From the NCBI GenBank assembly GCA_049724395.1, contig JAUGWO010000007.1:310001-374000 (forward strand): a DNA stretch of 64,000 nucleotides, in the 5' to 3' direction. The position numbers and the translations under genes are program-made. Source of the DNA: Spongospora subterranea f. sp. subterranea (taxonomy: Eukaryota). The notes under the pieces were generated by a model, which saw nothing but the letters and a program-made list of their open reading frames with translations, was not told where the DNA came from and ran no database searches. How positions within the stretch are numbered: position 1 is the stretch's first letter; every line of letters starts with the position of its first letter. This document shows, piece by piece, positions 1 through 14,460 of this stretch.

Positions 1-3000
1 CATTGGGATTAGCGTTCTGATCACCTGATCCAATAGTATTGAACGGGAGAAGAACAGATCAGGATCGGCTTTCCCAATGACACCCAATTGCGTGGCCAAC
101 TCCATTTGCACGTCGAGGTTGATGTCGCGGCTCATGCCGATCATGATCGAGACGACCATATCAACATCAGCGCCACATTTCGATAGAAGCAGAGCGGACG
201 CCATGGTCAATCCCGTTGACCTGATGGTGGAATCAGTATCGCGTAGTGTCATCTGCATCATCATCATGCAATCGGCGAGATCAAGCTGGGAACCCGATCG
301 CCGGATAACGGCAGCGGCAGCTAATGCCATTCCATGGCGTGTCTGACGAAACCCATCAGATACAAACCAAATCGGGATCGGTTCTTACCCACCTGCCAAT
401 CAGCTGATACAGACGGCGATGATAACCGGTCGAACAGCTCGCGACAGTCACCGTCGTTCTGAAACAGTGCCGACAAAGTGCCAAAAGCAATGGCGGCTTC
501 TACACGAAGTGCATCATTTGACATTGACAGGCACCTCAATAAGGTTGAGTCGATTGATGGAAAGAACTGTGGGGATATGGCAGAGCCCTGGATGAAGGAC
601 GTTGTCGTCAGCGGCTGGACAAACACGGATCATGAACTGATTTGGAACCGACCACAGAGGACAGAAGACCAGCTATTGCTTTGGTCATGGATGCGATCAT
701 GAGTTCATCATTACAGGAGCGAATGGCCGCCACAATTTCCTGTACTAGGATATCCGCTTTACGAGGAGCTAAGGTCAATAGGGACGCCAGCGCCATCGCT
801 GCATTGTCCCGGACAGAGACGTCAGCGTCGCGTAAGTTCTTCGTGAACGTGGCCTGGAGTTGGGGGACAAACGGCTTCATGTGCGATCCGGCACGATCAA
901 GAAGAAGGCCGAGGGTGCTCAGTATAGCCGCTTTAACAGGGGCCGGGAACCTATCCCCGACAATTCGAATCAGAGGTCCTGAATAGGCGATATACACGGT
1001 CAAGCCACCACGATGGGTATAGCCCCTAGCGATCAATACCGGTGATCTTGACAACATACGGGCGCAATGCATCGGGGCTGGTGAGGCTGACCAAATCCCC
1101 TAAAGCCGACGCCGCCTGCTGCCGTTGCTCGGCCGGGCCATTCAACAGGCCGAACTGGTAGATGGTCAACAGTGCAGTCAACCCGTTAGGAAGGCAGAAC
1201 CCTGGAACCGTGACCTAATATAAACCAACAAAACAGTTCATCAGATTGGCAATCGAAACGCAACTAAGCCAACGATTCTCAGACCGAGTCGAACTTAGAG
1301 CGACGGCCACATTCGCGGGCAAGCCTTTGAACTGCTTGACGAACAAACGATAGATGGGGAACTAATTGCTCCTACAAACACAGTTGAAACAATCAACCTG
1401 CACGCGCCATGACGAGGAATACCATACCTTTTCACTGGATTTGGAAAGTTGATTGAGACCTTCCAGCCCCGCTTGCTGCAACGCGACGTTCGCTGACGAT
1501 AATAACGACAAGAACGCACCAAGCACCGACCTAGTTCAAAACAAGCTCAGCCGAGGTTCAGGCAATGTAATGGTCACCTACTCATATTCGGAAGAAAAGT
1601 CAGAGCGGGTACCACCACAAAACGCCGCCAAGAGCACGGCAGAAACCAATTTCAAAGGTATCTGAGATTCGCGACGATCATCCAGAGCGGCACATAGACA
1701 TTGGACAACAGAATGCATTGCCTGAACACAAAACATATTAAAACCGTGGAGTAAGACGCCCGGCGTCAGATATTCACATCGGAGTGAACTTGAAGAACGA
1801 ATTCGGTAGCGGCGTCGGTAATGGCTTCTTGAATGAGAGGATCATCTGTATTGGCGACAGCGTTATGGTACCAGGGGATGATGGAATCGATGTGCATATC
1901 GATTGATGGACCATAGACGTCGGCGAGCGACGACAGCACACGAGCGGAAAACGGGGTGGCAGGGGACGAGACCTGAAAGAAAACATTAGCGACAAAGACC
2001 GAAGGGAAATTGAAGGGGTTCAGCACCAGGGCGGGAATAAGATGGATCAAAACGGGGCCGCTACGAACTTGAAGGATTTGACGGAGAGCCTGAAGGACCG
2101 ATTGCGATTGCACGCTGGACTCTTCGGACAACTGCCGCACGAGCGACGGAACAATATCTCCAACGACACGTGGACCGACATTACGAACCAGTGTCTCGAA
2201 CGATTTGGCTGCTGCAATGCGGACCATCTCACTGTCGTCGCATAGCGCCGATCGGATGGATGGAATCAACGACGCCATGAACACGGTGATATTGTCTTTC
2301 GATGCCGACGACATGACCTCGCTCATACCGATGCAAACCCCTTGCCGAACGGCGGGCGACGGCGAGAGTAATCCAGCTTCTAAAATCGGGATGATAATAG
2401 GAAGAACCATATCTCCGTTCCTCTGGATCCTGCAATCGAAAAAATTGATCAAAATCGACAATGGACACATTTTAGAAAAGCGGATCGGAATCGATACATT
2501 GATCCGAGCGATTTCCCTGCTGACGTTCTCCTTTCAACTTCTTGGATCGGCCAACGATTCGATAACGATCTCCATCAGTGTGGGCATAATTTCCGACAGT
2601 ATCCTGTTGCTATTGGCGACAATGGATTTCCAGACAAGCCACGACGTCTGCTGAACATTGCTGACGCTATCCGCTTGCACGATGAACAAGTCTGACAGCA
2701 GCCGATCGCGTAAATCACGGCCCAAAACTGAAGCGATGACCTAAATCAAGTTGATAAAGATGCAGCTTTTGACGAACGTCGCGACCAAAAATATACCTGC
2801 TCGTTCTCCGATTTTCTTTGGTCGTCCACATCGAATTCGATATGGCCATCTGTTACAATGCTGACCTAACCGAATCGGTCAGATCTTGAAAAGCTAAAGG
2901 AGCAAAGTAAAAAAAAACCTGAGCTCCACATATGCGGGCTAGTATGTCGCCAATCAGCACACAGCACAATTCTCGAACGCGCCAGCTACGATTGCGGAGA

Positions 3001-6000
3001 TTGCTTTGGAAGATCGGCAGAACCTGGTTAAAGTGATCGACTCCATAGACGGTGATAATCGACTTCCCAGCAGACAGCGCCATTGACCGAACAGATATTC
3101 CTTGTCGTCTGATAAACCCTTGAAAAATAAAATTATATGTTCTGCGGAAACAACAGAGCCCGGGACTGATTTACACGAATGATGACCGGGAGTATTCGCT
3201 CCAGATGAACGTTGAGTGGATCACCGAACGCTTTCGGAAAGTAAACCCATACTTCCAGATATGCTTCTCTGACGCTGAACTCTTGACTTTGAGAACCGCG
3301 GAGGATGATGTCGAGATGATCGGAAAGGGCTGTCAACCCCCTGGCTGACATGACCTCAGCAAGACCCTGATAACGGAATCGTCAGACAATATTGACGGTG
3401 CGCTGCAATCAGATTAGACCTGTGCACCTCCGTTCCGCTCCACACTTGATGTGTTTGTGTTTAACAGCTCCAGAAGCCAATCTGTACGACCATCTGTTTA
3501 ATGAATTTGAAGAAAAACTGGAGGGCGAACCAAACCAATGAGTCCAGGGAAGTGAAGTTCGCCAACGTTTTTGAAGAGATGACCGAGGGCAGAAGCACTA
3601 GCGGTACGAACATCGGGAATGGGGTCGACCAAAACGTTTTGTAAATCGCTTAGAAGAACTTGTGTGTAAGGAAGTGCGGCCGATATATCACGAAGGAATC
3701 CACACATTGTGCCAACAATAATAGCCGCCTAAGCACAATTAAGTCGGTACACCCACTATGAGCAAATCTAGAAATACCATGCGTTTGACGGAGGGCGCCC
3801 TATCGCGCAGACCTCGCGTCAAAATTGGAACTATCAGCGCTAACGACGGGGCGTCAACTGAATTGATGAACGACGTATCGAGTAAACGTTGAAGTGCTTC
3901 ACGGGTTTGTAGGGAAGGATCGGTAAGCGCATTCAACAAACTGGGTACTAATGACTGGATTTCTGGGTTGCGGATCTGCCAAAGAATTAGTCGAAAAATT
4001 CAGAAAAAAACGGAAATGGCTGCTTACAACTGAACCAATTTCAGCAAGAGCTTTTTTGGCAGCATCTTGGACTTTGGGATGAGGATCGGCAAGAACAGAG
4101 GTCAAACGAGGAACAATGGTAGGCAAAAAATCGCAAAGTTGGCGTGGTGCACAGAACGCCATTGTACCAAGCATGCCTGCAATACAGCGTTAATGCAACC
4201 TTGACATGAACAGCGCACCGTTTACCGATTGATTCTAGTTTGGTTCGCCATTGGTCATCGTCAAGCGCCTATTTGTCAACGAGCGTCATCCGGGAACACA
4301 GATAAGAATATGACGACTAGATAATTACCTTAAGGATAAAAGGAAGCACAATCTTGACCCCTTGTCCCGTAATATGGCCCATCATTGTACGAGTCGTCTG
4401 AGTACCGGATGTCAACAATCTTACGGTGCAACCATCATTGTACTAACCTCGTGAGTCGCCTCACGAACTTCTGAAGAAGGATCGCCGAAAGAAATTAATA
4501 GGTCCGGAATCAAATGCGGTAAATAAGGTTCGAACAGTTTGCCAAGGCTGGAGAATAAAGCTTCAAAAGCGAGAAGTGCCCCTTGTCGAGCGCGAGGCCG
4601 TTTATCCTTTATCAGCCCAACCAATGACGCGAGAATGCCGAACCTAGAGAACGTTGAGCGAGAACAATTAGATGCCTATGGGAAAATACTTCTTTAGACT
4701 GGAAATTCTCAGTCCCTTGACAAGACCGGCAAGGCCCAAAGCTGCTCCTTTTCGGAGGCCGTACGTTTCTCCACACTCCAACCGTTGAAGAAGATGATCA
4801 ACGGCGTCACGTTTTGGAGACTCGCTTTTGAGCATACTGCAAAGATGAGCAATGCAATCGGATACGGCCGATTGGACGGCAAACGCCCTGGACAAGGGAA
4901 ATTGATCAGCGTTTTCATAGCTATAATCAACAGATGTGGAACCAACGGGGTCTTTAAAGCATCAAGAAGACGAACGAAAATAACCGAAATTTCATCGCTG
5001 TCGGAAACCGGGTCAAGGAACTGAGCGAGGCGTCCGATCAAAACGATCACGCCCTCGGAAACTGAACCATATTAGAGCTGAGAGACACATTCTGGGTCTA
5101 AGTACTAACCGATATCAGTGTCCTGCGCTAAACCACGATCGAGAACGGCTTGCAGCTCGTGAACAGAGACAGCAGCATTGTCAGTACCGATGATTTTGCA
5201 GCCAGATTGTAGAGCTTGGTTCCAAACATGAGGTTTCCGATCAGCGAATCCAACCATAACAATGAACCTAATCGATCTTGATATCAGACCAAGTAACTAA
5301 AACATGCAAACGCTTACTCTATGGTATCAATGACCTGCTGAATCGAAAGAGCAGTTGCGGCGGCACCGATGGCAACAAAAGCCGATTCACGTATTGAAGA
5401 GCGATCTGAAAACAGCACAAAGAGTCAGTATAAAGTAAATACGTTTTGAACCACAACAAAACCGATTTCGCGGGGGTCGATATCAAAAGGCGATTGGACC
5501 CATTCGTCCTTATTTCCTTCGATGAGGCTAATAAGCTCTTTGACATGGCCCTCAACGTCTGATTCAACAGATATCGCGCATCCGACAGCAACAGCTGATG
5601 ACATCCGAACCCATTGAACTTGATGCGACATCAGCGGAATCAATGCAGGAATAACGGGAACATATCGAAAGTCGTAATGGCACCAAATACGGTGACCCTC
5701 AATTCTCAAAGGGTCATTGACATCTTCGATATTGGACAGTATGTATAGAATCGCGGTTAGTTGCAGGGAATGGGGCCCGTTGAGAAGCGGAGACCGAGAA
5801 AGCGCCGATAAACAGACTTGGCGGGTGTAGGGATGTGGGGAGAGCAAACCGTTATCCCCGAGAAGGGAGTCAAGGTGACGAGGGTAGGACAATGAGGGAC
5901 TCATGCCCTTCAACAGGGCACTAGGATCCGGGCCTTCACCAGGAGATCGAAGCATTGTCAGGGCGAGATTCAGGATCAGGTCAATTGGGAAGTTGGTGAC

Positions 6001-9000
6001 CGATGCGTGGGCCGTCAACATGGCCGTGCATTGAAATGCAACAGGATCTGAAGAGCACGCGATTGCAGATTGGATCAACGGCATTAGAAACATAATTGTT
6101 TCACCACGAAGCAGTCGAGAAGAGTCAAATGAGGCCATTATGCACGATATGGCATCATTGACCTGATAAAAACATCAGTCAAACAAAAAGCAATCGTTGA
6201 TCACATTTTTACGGTTTTCTGAACAGCCGAATGCGACCTGAGGGCTGACGCTCCATATTGGCATGCCATGGCGACGGCATATGCGACGAGAGCACTATGA
6301 CGTGATGAAAGATGAGGCTCTAAACCTATACCAGACATGACAAATCTACTGGTCATGACAAATGCACACCCCATACCACAGCGAGCAACATCAGCGAGCA
6401 CTTGTCGCACTTGCAGCGATGTAAGCTGATTAGCAGCCAGAACCCAGATAGGTTCAAGGAGCGTGGATGACGAATTCGACAGAAGAATATCGGTGAACTG
6501 TGATTGTAATCGGTTGCAAGCGCAGCGAACTACATCCAAAGCACGCTGAATAGGGAGTAATACTTGTCGTACGTGGCCGCGAACGCCATCTTGTCTTATT
6601 ATCTCGTCACCTTCAGCGTCCGAAGGTAGGGACTTTTTACGAGAATCGATCTCAAATTGTACCTGAAAACACATCAAAAATTGCCATTTCGTTATGTAAA
6701 AATCGCAGTACTTGAGCAGCCCACTCTTCATCCGAAACTTGGCGAGCCCGATTTACTTTAGCAGTAGTTGCAACAGCCAAGGTCGAAGTTACCGTCTTAG
6801 CGATCTATATGAAAAATTAACTACATTCTCGGATGTTGAAAACCTCATACTTTTCCGTCAGGGACCGAGAAAATTACCAAGTCTTCCTCCGATAAAGAGT
6901 TCAAAGGTCTAACATCCATCAAGCCCTGAAGTCTGAGAAACATCACATTGGACAACTCGGGCGCAACATCAATGGTCGTGGCAATGAAATTTGCAGCGGC
7001 TTGGGCTGCATTTGAATCTGAGCTCAGGAGGAACTGAACTGAGAACAGCATATCGCATAGTGTGCTCAACTGGTCTTTAAGTAAAACACTGATGGAATCC
7101 GGCCAATGTTGCTGGACATATTGCCATATAGAGGAGTTTAACCGGAAATCCGACGATTTCTGCAAAAACGAATGCTGTCGCACCAAAAATTTAAATCAGA
7201 AGTCAATTGACCAAATTACAATCTTACATGTGACGCCAATGCGGCCTTGAAAAACGCTTCAGCAGTCAGCGGACCCAGATCTACTAAACGGCGTAGGATT
7301 GCGACCAAAACAGACGGCGCGGGAAGATAGTTTGCATCGGGTAATCTGTTGAGAAACCTTGTGAAAGCTTCAACAAGAAGGGGAGCAAGATAACATTTGC
7401 CTGATATTAGAAAGCCAATTGAACGTCCAGAATAAAGTACCTCGTGACAGGGGAATATACCTTGAATTGATTTATATGTAATGGCACTGGGTAAATGGTC
7501 AGGGCGGGCCATCATATAGACACTTGTGTCAAATATATGAGCGGCCTGTAGGACCTTTGGCGAGTCTGCAATAATTGTTAATATGCTGTCGTTCGGCAAG
7601 ACAAACTTAGACTACCGCCGTATTTTTCTAGAAGGCCAGCAATTACATTGGCAAACAATCCGGCTTCGTGGACTGAATAGGCAACAACTTGCGAGAATGA
7701 AGGAGCGAATACGGTGTCATCAGTAAGAAGATACTTCTCAACGATTGCATCGTTGCGGACTTCAATGAAAATTGATAGACCTGCATAAACTGTTATGATA
7801 TGAAATAAGAGACCGAACAGATCATATTACAAGCCAGGGTAGTCGAACGATAAGGGTTTTTCGTGTAGATGTCCTCTAACATTGAAATAAGAGTAGTCGA
7901 AAGTTTTTCGTTGAAGTCGACCAGATCGGGAGAGCGACGAAGAATTGCCGATAGCACTGATAAATGGCCAACGACCATGTCCGGTTTAGATGAAGAATTT
8001 TTCAGAATCGTCTGTTCGATAAATTCTACTAATGACTTTGGAACTGGAACTGAAGGCTGAGATACAAACTGCGACAAAACCTCCAGCGACGCTAAACGAC
8101 CTGCCACGACAGGGTCAGCGTCTTTGAGTTCGATGAACATTCACAATTACCGTCATCATGCGTTTCCCGACGAGCTTGTTCTTGCAAGATCTCGATAACT
8201 CTCAGGCCAATATCGCTCAGAACGGGAGATTTTAACATATGGGCAATCGATTTCATCAGAACAATACGTTCGTCAACTTGAATGGCAGCTCCATCTTTTT
8301 GCCCAGCGAGATGAGCACCGACCTCATTCAACAGATCGATTACAGCAGCCGGATCCCGCATTTTCAATGCAAAAACTCTGAATAATCGAATCGCTGCAGT
8401 TTGCCTGCTGGTGTCAGTTTGTCTCATATTGTGACAGATCGGCAGACGAAGGAAGGACATATATACATCAATAGGAATGGTTTGAAGCCCTTCGAATAAC
8501 GAGCCAATTATTTCCAATGTAGCACCCGGGGAACGTTTCAACCATCGTTCGACAACAGGGACAATGGATGTCGCCATTTCCTCGGACGTTAAACTGGCGT
8601 ATAACGGCGTGAACCCTTTCTCGTAAACAGAACTGCAGACCTTGTCATTACTGGCAACTACTCGCTCGACGTACACTGATATGCATTGAGTGCGATGTTG
8701 CTTGAGAAAAGCCGCATGATGTACAAGGGCCCCGAGAGCAATCATATTTTTGCACAGCTTCGCATCGAATACGACTTGAGCGTATAAGGGCGTCAGCTCA
8801 GGGTGATGAGCATTTAACTGGATCAACGATTGCCATAACGGTCTGATGGTTTTGTGAACTTTAACACGATCGAGCACACGCACGTGTGCTAGCACCAGCC
8901 GTGAAAGCTGTTCTTTTGAGAATACGTCGCTGGCAAGCATATTGCAGATAAGTCGGGATAATCCAGTCGTCAACGAATCATGGTCGTGTGGGGGATTATT

Positions 9001-9144
9001 CGCAAACGCTGAGATGGCGTCAACAATTTGAGCTGAGCTGGACGCCGTGATGGACAATAGCACCGACTTCGACCATCGGTCAATGTCAAAGCGCCCCAGC
9101 GACAGAAACCGACTGTCCAGAGCGTCGCTGATGTTGCTGATCAT
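1..9144 (-). CDS. GCN1: GCN1, eIF2-alpha kinase GCN2 activator (HEAT-repeat protein); multi-exon, 3' end beyond the window's left edge
   Basis: Exon ORFs carry GCN1-typical segments: RQGALLAFE...LGKLFEPY, DAPSLALIVPILTRGLRDR, LVDPIPDVR, VRQGVCIGMSEVM, GPLIRIVGDRFPAPVKAAIL...KPFVPQLQATF, DWQ|TRHGMAL. ATG at 9144. The introns I checked are short GT-AG. The last visible exon is open to base 1. Confidence 0.95.
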
Positions 9145-9312
9145 TATTAGACCGACCCGATTTGGTCGACCCAGTTCATAAACCGTTGTCGTCGGTCGTT
9201 AACTGCACCTAATCCAACAGGGTGTGGCGAGTGCAATTGCGCCACGGACCAAAGATTTGAAAACAAAATACCACGAGGGAAATGGATTCGGCTGCCGTTT
9301 ATTGATCGGTAA

Positions 9313-11090
9313 TCACAACCCATACATCATTATTTCTTTGTTGATCAGATGACAGGTCTTCTCGACTAGCGATAATAAATCCGATATGTCGCTGGACCAT
9401 TCGTTCAATACAATATCCGGTTTGCGCTTCTGTCGAAACGAAACAATGCCTGAATATCGATGTGAGAATTTTGCAATCACGTCTTCAACAAAAATTTAGA
9501 GCAGACCCGCTGGCCGGTCGATTTTTGCAAATATCGATTTATCGTTGACCATATCAGAAATATGACGCTCGGTTTCATCAGGAGTCAGCTACAGTATTGT
9601 TCAGCCTAAATGATTTTGCATCACTGGTTGCCGAATACCTGTAAGAGGACAGAAAGCCTCGGGAACGTGACACGAGTATAATTGTTTGCCAGGAGGCGAA
9701 GATTCTGGTCAAAATGTTGAGTATAGATAAACGCTGAACTATAAAGAAAAATTACATGTTCGATAAGCCGACAGTCAAGATCGACTTTCATTTGAGCGGA
9801 TTTTTCACCACTGAAGAATTCAGAAGCCCATTCCTAGCAAAGATAACATTGTAAACTCGATTATCAATATCGCTGAGAATAAGTGACCTTTTCTTGGGGG
9901 ATCGGACGCCCTATCAATTCAGGCGTGCATATCAAATCAATAGCAGATTTCATTGATGGAATCGTTTCCAAATTCTTCAAGGAGCGAAGCCATTTAACAA
10001 TCTCAACCTGAAAGCATTTTACTCACACAAATCGAAAATTGACCCTTCAATCTACCTGACTCGGGGAATGGGGACTTAGTAAGGCGTAAAACGTCAAATT
10101 TCGTAACACCGGCTGCCATTCAGCCTTTGACTCTTGAATCTGAACGACATCTAAGAACCTTTCTGTGGTTTATCCGACAAAATACCGATTTCGACTGATA
10201 AATCGCCTTATAAGCCTGACATATGTCTAGATACTTATCAGAGTGAGAATAAAACCGAATCATCAGGCGGTGAAACTTCAATTTCAGTTGTTCAAATTCG
10301 GGTTCTTCTCCAAGAACGCTTTTGTTCACCTGACAAGAAATCAGTATTTTAGTGGCAACAACACATCCTAATGAACCTTCTTGCAAATGATTTCGGCACG
10401 AACGAAGTCGTTTTTGTCCATCGTGAGGCGAATTTGCTCGAGCAGAAACTCGGCTTTTTCAACTTTTTCCATTGTGCCCATTATTTCAACTTGAACATCT
10501 TGCAAGGTGTCGGCAGCCTCCGATATTTTGCCGTCAGCTTCAAGCATTGATGCGAGAATCCTTGTAAGTCTGGCCCTCTCTAATTCAACAAAGATTTTGC
10601 CTTCGGACACCTACACAATAAAGAATTTAACAGGAGAAGATACGAAACAGCAACCAATGATTACCTCACGCAGAACATTAATGAGCTCTACTTTTACACT
10701 TTTTGATGTAACCTTGTCAACAAACTTGACACCTTCTTGAACCACGATCTGTACTATAGGCTTGAGTTGCGCTCGTCGTTTACAGAGCAAGCGAAAATGG
10801 TCATTGAGGACATCCCATTTTTGCAATTCAAATATTAAGTTCAATATCGCCAAGACCACGACCTTGCTCGATGAAAGATCAGACGACAGGCGCGTCTTTT
10901 TTTCAAGCGAAAGAAGAGTGTCGAGGTACTCAGGAAGGGACTTTGGCTATGCACGGGGCGGATTAAAAATGATGCTTTAGTAAAAAAAAGATACCTTTAC
11001 GTTGGATTTGGCATCAGCAACCACGACCGGAACGAGTCGGTTTACTTCCTGCGAATGGTCTGCCAGCATCTTGGGAATTTCATCCGCCAT
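9313..11090 (-). CDS. RPN5: 26S proteasome lid subunit RPN5/PSMD12, multi-exon
   Basis: LCKRRAQLK, SEGKIFVELERARLTRILA, QVEIMGTMEKVEKAEFLLEQIRL, FAKIDRPAG and C-terminal VEKTCHLINKEIMMYGL* (TGA 9313-9315). ATG at 11090 (MADEIPK). Confidence 0.95.
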
Positions 11091-11329
11091 TGCGATGAAG
11101 ATATCAGATAGCTGCTTTGCCAACGATGACGCCGAAAAATGCGATGATTTCCAGGACTACGTTTGTTCAAAACAGCAAGTCTGTCGAAGAGCGTACGGGG
11201 CCACAGGGAGACGACGAATCCGATCAATTCCCTTTGGTTGGCAACAATACGGCTGAGAGAGATATGGTCCCTGTGTGCCTGACTATACACTATATACACC
11301 AATACAGGTCTTGTGTATCACTTATTCCC

Positions 11330-12870
11330 GACTACGGTACACTGGGCCGGAAGGCCCCGCGACGGGCACTTCAACAGCCCACGCAACGACTGACATTGTC
11401 GAATTATTATTTCATGGCCTGGCTGAGCCTGACGACCGATACAGCCATAGGTCGCCATCCTGTCGTGTGCTCTTTTATAACCCATGAGCGGCCGCCGCAT
11501 CATTCAAAGCCTAGCAGACGCCATGTTGCATTTCAGGTCGGCATGCAGGAAATCCTTGCAGAGCTTTTCGAACTGCTAGGCCTTGAATGGTGCGTCGTGA
11601 AGTGTAGACCGCTTCATGTGTCATGAAAGAGCATACTTTTTATCCAGATGTAGAGGAAAAAGCCAGTAGCCTTTGAAAGCATCCAGCAACACGAAAAGTT
11701 TGGCTTCTTTCATACAAGACAAGATTAAATCCAAATGCGGCATCGATCGTGCGTGTCTATTGTGATTCTGTAGCAACGGGTGACGAAGTCGTTATTCTGT
11801 ATGACATGACAGACCGAATCATAACAGCTGTCAGGATTACGAAAAACGAACCCGTTTTCTTCCCGTTAGTTTGCATGTTCATGCGTAAATGTGCAATGAA
11901 CTTGAGCATAGCGCCGCTTATTTGACCGGAGAATACCTTGTGCCAGCCCTTAGATTTAGCTGCATTGGCCTAACTTTTGTTGAGGGATCAGGTCCCAACT
12001 TGATACGCCACATTTGGCATTTGGACACTTTCGTATGAAGACGGTCGCGATATTGTTTCGGCAGCCCATTCTGAACTGTCCGATCGCACATATTGGGTAT
12101 AGTTTGGAAGACATCGGAAGCGAGATCATTGCCGATTCCAACTGTATAGGTATCGCCAGGCCCGGGATTGATAGCATAGTATATCATCATTGGGATAGGA
12201 AAATTGGAGACGCTTTGTTGCAGGAGACTGTTAGAATCCAACAGTTCATCGCATTTATCGTCAACGATGATCTCATCCTCGGGTTGTTCAATTTGTCTAG
12301 TAGTATCTGATCCGAACATATACCTAACGTGAATATCTCAGGTTTTCCCATCAACACGATGCCGGCCGAGAGGTCAGCAGTACAAGCGAAACATCAAGGT
12401 CGATAATCAGTATAGAGATGAAATTGTTTCCCTATGAGGAACGGTTTATCATGATGGCACCCTTCCAGGCGTCTTTCTGGATAATCTCCCAGGTGATCTG
12501 ACTGCACTTGAGACTGCCGCTGAGTAATGGTAATCATAGGTGAGTTCCTCCCATGAGGGAATGTTACAACATGACGCTGTCGATCAGCAGATTTTCCTAA
12601 ACCTTCGGGTGGAATATGTGTCATGAGAATGCCCTAAAATCTTTTGATGCATCTGGGAACACGCACAGCAGATATTCGTCTTGGATGTGGGCCATCGTCA
12701 CCAAGGCACTGAAGTGATTTTCGTAGTTGAAATGGGTGTATAAATGGCGATGGTGCCACCAATGGCAGGTGTCTTGCTATGGTCAGACAATGGCGTTGCG
12801 TCAGAGGCGGAGCCCTTCATGATAACTTGCTTCTCGTAAAACGTTTTGTGGTGCGTCCAGGTTTGAGGGC
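11330..12870 (-). mobile_element. Decayed, rearranged Ty3/gypsy-type pol fragments (RT and RNase H)
   Basis: Minus strand: RNase H-like LCVFPDASKDF...LSGSLK...FLIGKQFHLYTDYRP (12394-12710), linker WRIKLGPDP (~12000), RT-like LDAFKGYWLFPL and SFMTHEAVYTSRRTIQG (~11580-11690). A plus-strand RT piece (SFITHE...FQVGMQEIL) lies at 11460-11570. Many stops and frameshifts. Confidence 0.8.
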
Positions 12871-13599
12871 TGAACGCGAAAAGGGATGAGAGAGAGACAG
12901 AGACATCAAAAAAAGATAGAGAAGCGTTTTTTCCAGAGAGTACTGTACTAAATAGACATCGAAGTGAAGTACACGACCCTGATTTTTCCACAACATCGCC
13001 GCCATCACCATCTGCGACATCATAATCCAGCCAATCAGATTGTGTCAGTAGTATCGATATTGTCTGAACCACGACTTATGTCAACGGAAACTTCCAACCA
13101 AAACCTCGTGGATCGAAATTGGTTCTGGTTCATCGAGTAAGCCCTGCGTCTGCGCTACTGCTACTGAGTTAAAAAAAAGCCGTTGACGAGGTCGAACCGG
13201 GAGGCAATCAGCGATCGGAAAGAGCCACAAACAGCCTGGCCGTCTCATCCAATGACGCTTTCCGTATTCCGCATATTCCGGGGATTTCCCATAAAGGCTT
13301 GGCTCAGAAGTAAACACCGTTCTCACGATGTACCGCACGTTTTTCATCAACGAATAATCGGATGTCCCTATGCTTTCATCTTCATCGCCAATTCTTCACA
13401 GGAATTAGAATTCAATATTAATAATAGTATTATAGTGCGGAGTATTTATGGGACCCCCCTCATGACTGCGCGAAAAACATCAATCAGTATTGATGGGATC
13501 CCCCGTTTAATCATGACTGCACACAATATCGGGATATGATCTCATTCACACTATATCCGCCAGATATACAGTGTCACACTATCTCAATATCAAACGACA

Positions 13600-13965
13600 A
13601 CGTGTTTGGGCGGCTTGCCGCAAAAATTTTGAACTTCGGAGTGTCCTTCAACACTTTATACGCCTCAATAAATTTTAAAGTTTTCAGAGTAACTTCTTGT
13701 ACTGCGTAAGAGCTTCCTCGAATGCCATCTGCTCATTCCAATCTGCAGTCAGATCGTTCAATAGTTTGTTGATAATTTCACCACTTTTTTCGCACTGCTT
13801 CACAGCAATCGCTCCAATGGCTCTGCAGAGATTGTTGTCTCCTCGTCACGACGCTTGCGTCCCTCTGCCGCTCCTGCTCCCATAGAAGGAGAATATGCTT
13901 GCTGATCGGCACCAACAATGGGATCACACGAACGGCCATCCACCTGTTTTCAGACTTGCAATATA
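13600..13965 (-). mobile_element. Degraded PIF/Harbinger-associated Myb/SANT-like ORF fragment
   Basis: Across frames: CDPIVGADQ, RRQQSLQSHW, LKFIEAYKVLKDTPKF, matching the DPxVGxxQ / SLxxRW / WxxLKDxPKW pattern of these proteins. Confidence 0.55.
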
Positions 13966-14005
13966 CCGTGCGGCTTGTCAATTTTCGTTTCCGAAATGAG
14001 TTCTT

Positions 14006-14460
14006 GTGATGACGAATTTGCCCCATCCGCCTCAAGCCCTCTACGACGAAGTCATGTCACCCATGCTCATGAGGTTGATGAATCTTTTAAATTCACAAAA
14101 AGAGGCGGACGATACTTGTGATGGCGTGTTGCAGTGGTGGGCTTCTATTGGCCAAAAGCGCTTTCCGACAATTGCACTTCTGGCGCGTGATACGCTAATG
14201 TGCATGGGATCTTCTGTGCCCTCAGAGAGTGCTTTTTCGAATAGCGGTCACTTTGTAGTTCCCGACAGGTCACGCTTGAAGGACGACAATATCTCAATGA
14301 TGATGAAGCTTCGGTCGTGGAACCGCTTCAATGAAAAACCCAGTACTGTACTTGCCTATCAATTCAACATTGAAAACAAGGTCGTTCAACGTTGCCAGAA
14401 TAGCCGGCTAAGGTAAAATCTCTAGCCGGCTAGCCCTAATCGTAGCCGTGGGCACCTCTA
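14006..14460 (+). mobile_element. 3' end of a hAT transposon: transposase dimerisation domain, subterminal repeats and probable right TIR
   Basis: LQWW...RFPTIALLARDTLMCMGSSVPSESAFSNSG...RSRL is the hAT C-terminal dimerisation motif. It is followed by TAGCCGGCTA palindromes (14401, 14423) and ends in GGCACCTCTA (reverse complement TAGAGGTGCC, a hAT-like terminus). Confidence 0.85.

Noticed and set aside
13081..13520. 89-aa minus-strand ORF and a short imperfect direct repeat (13441, 13486)
   Set aside because: No recognisable family; probably TE debris.
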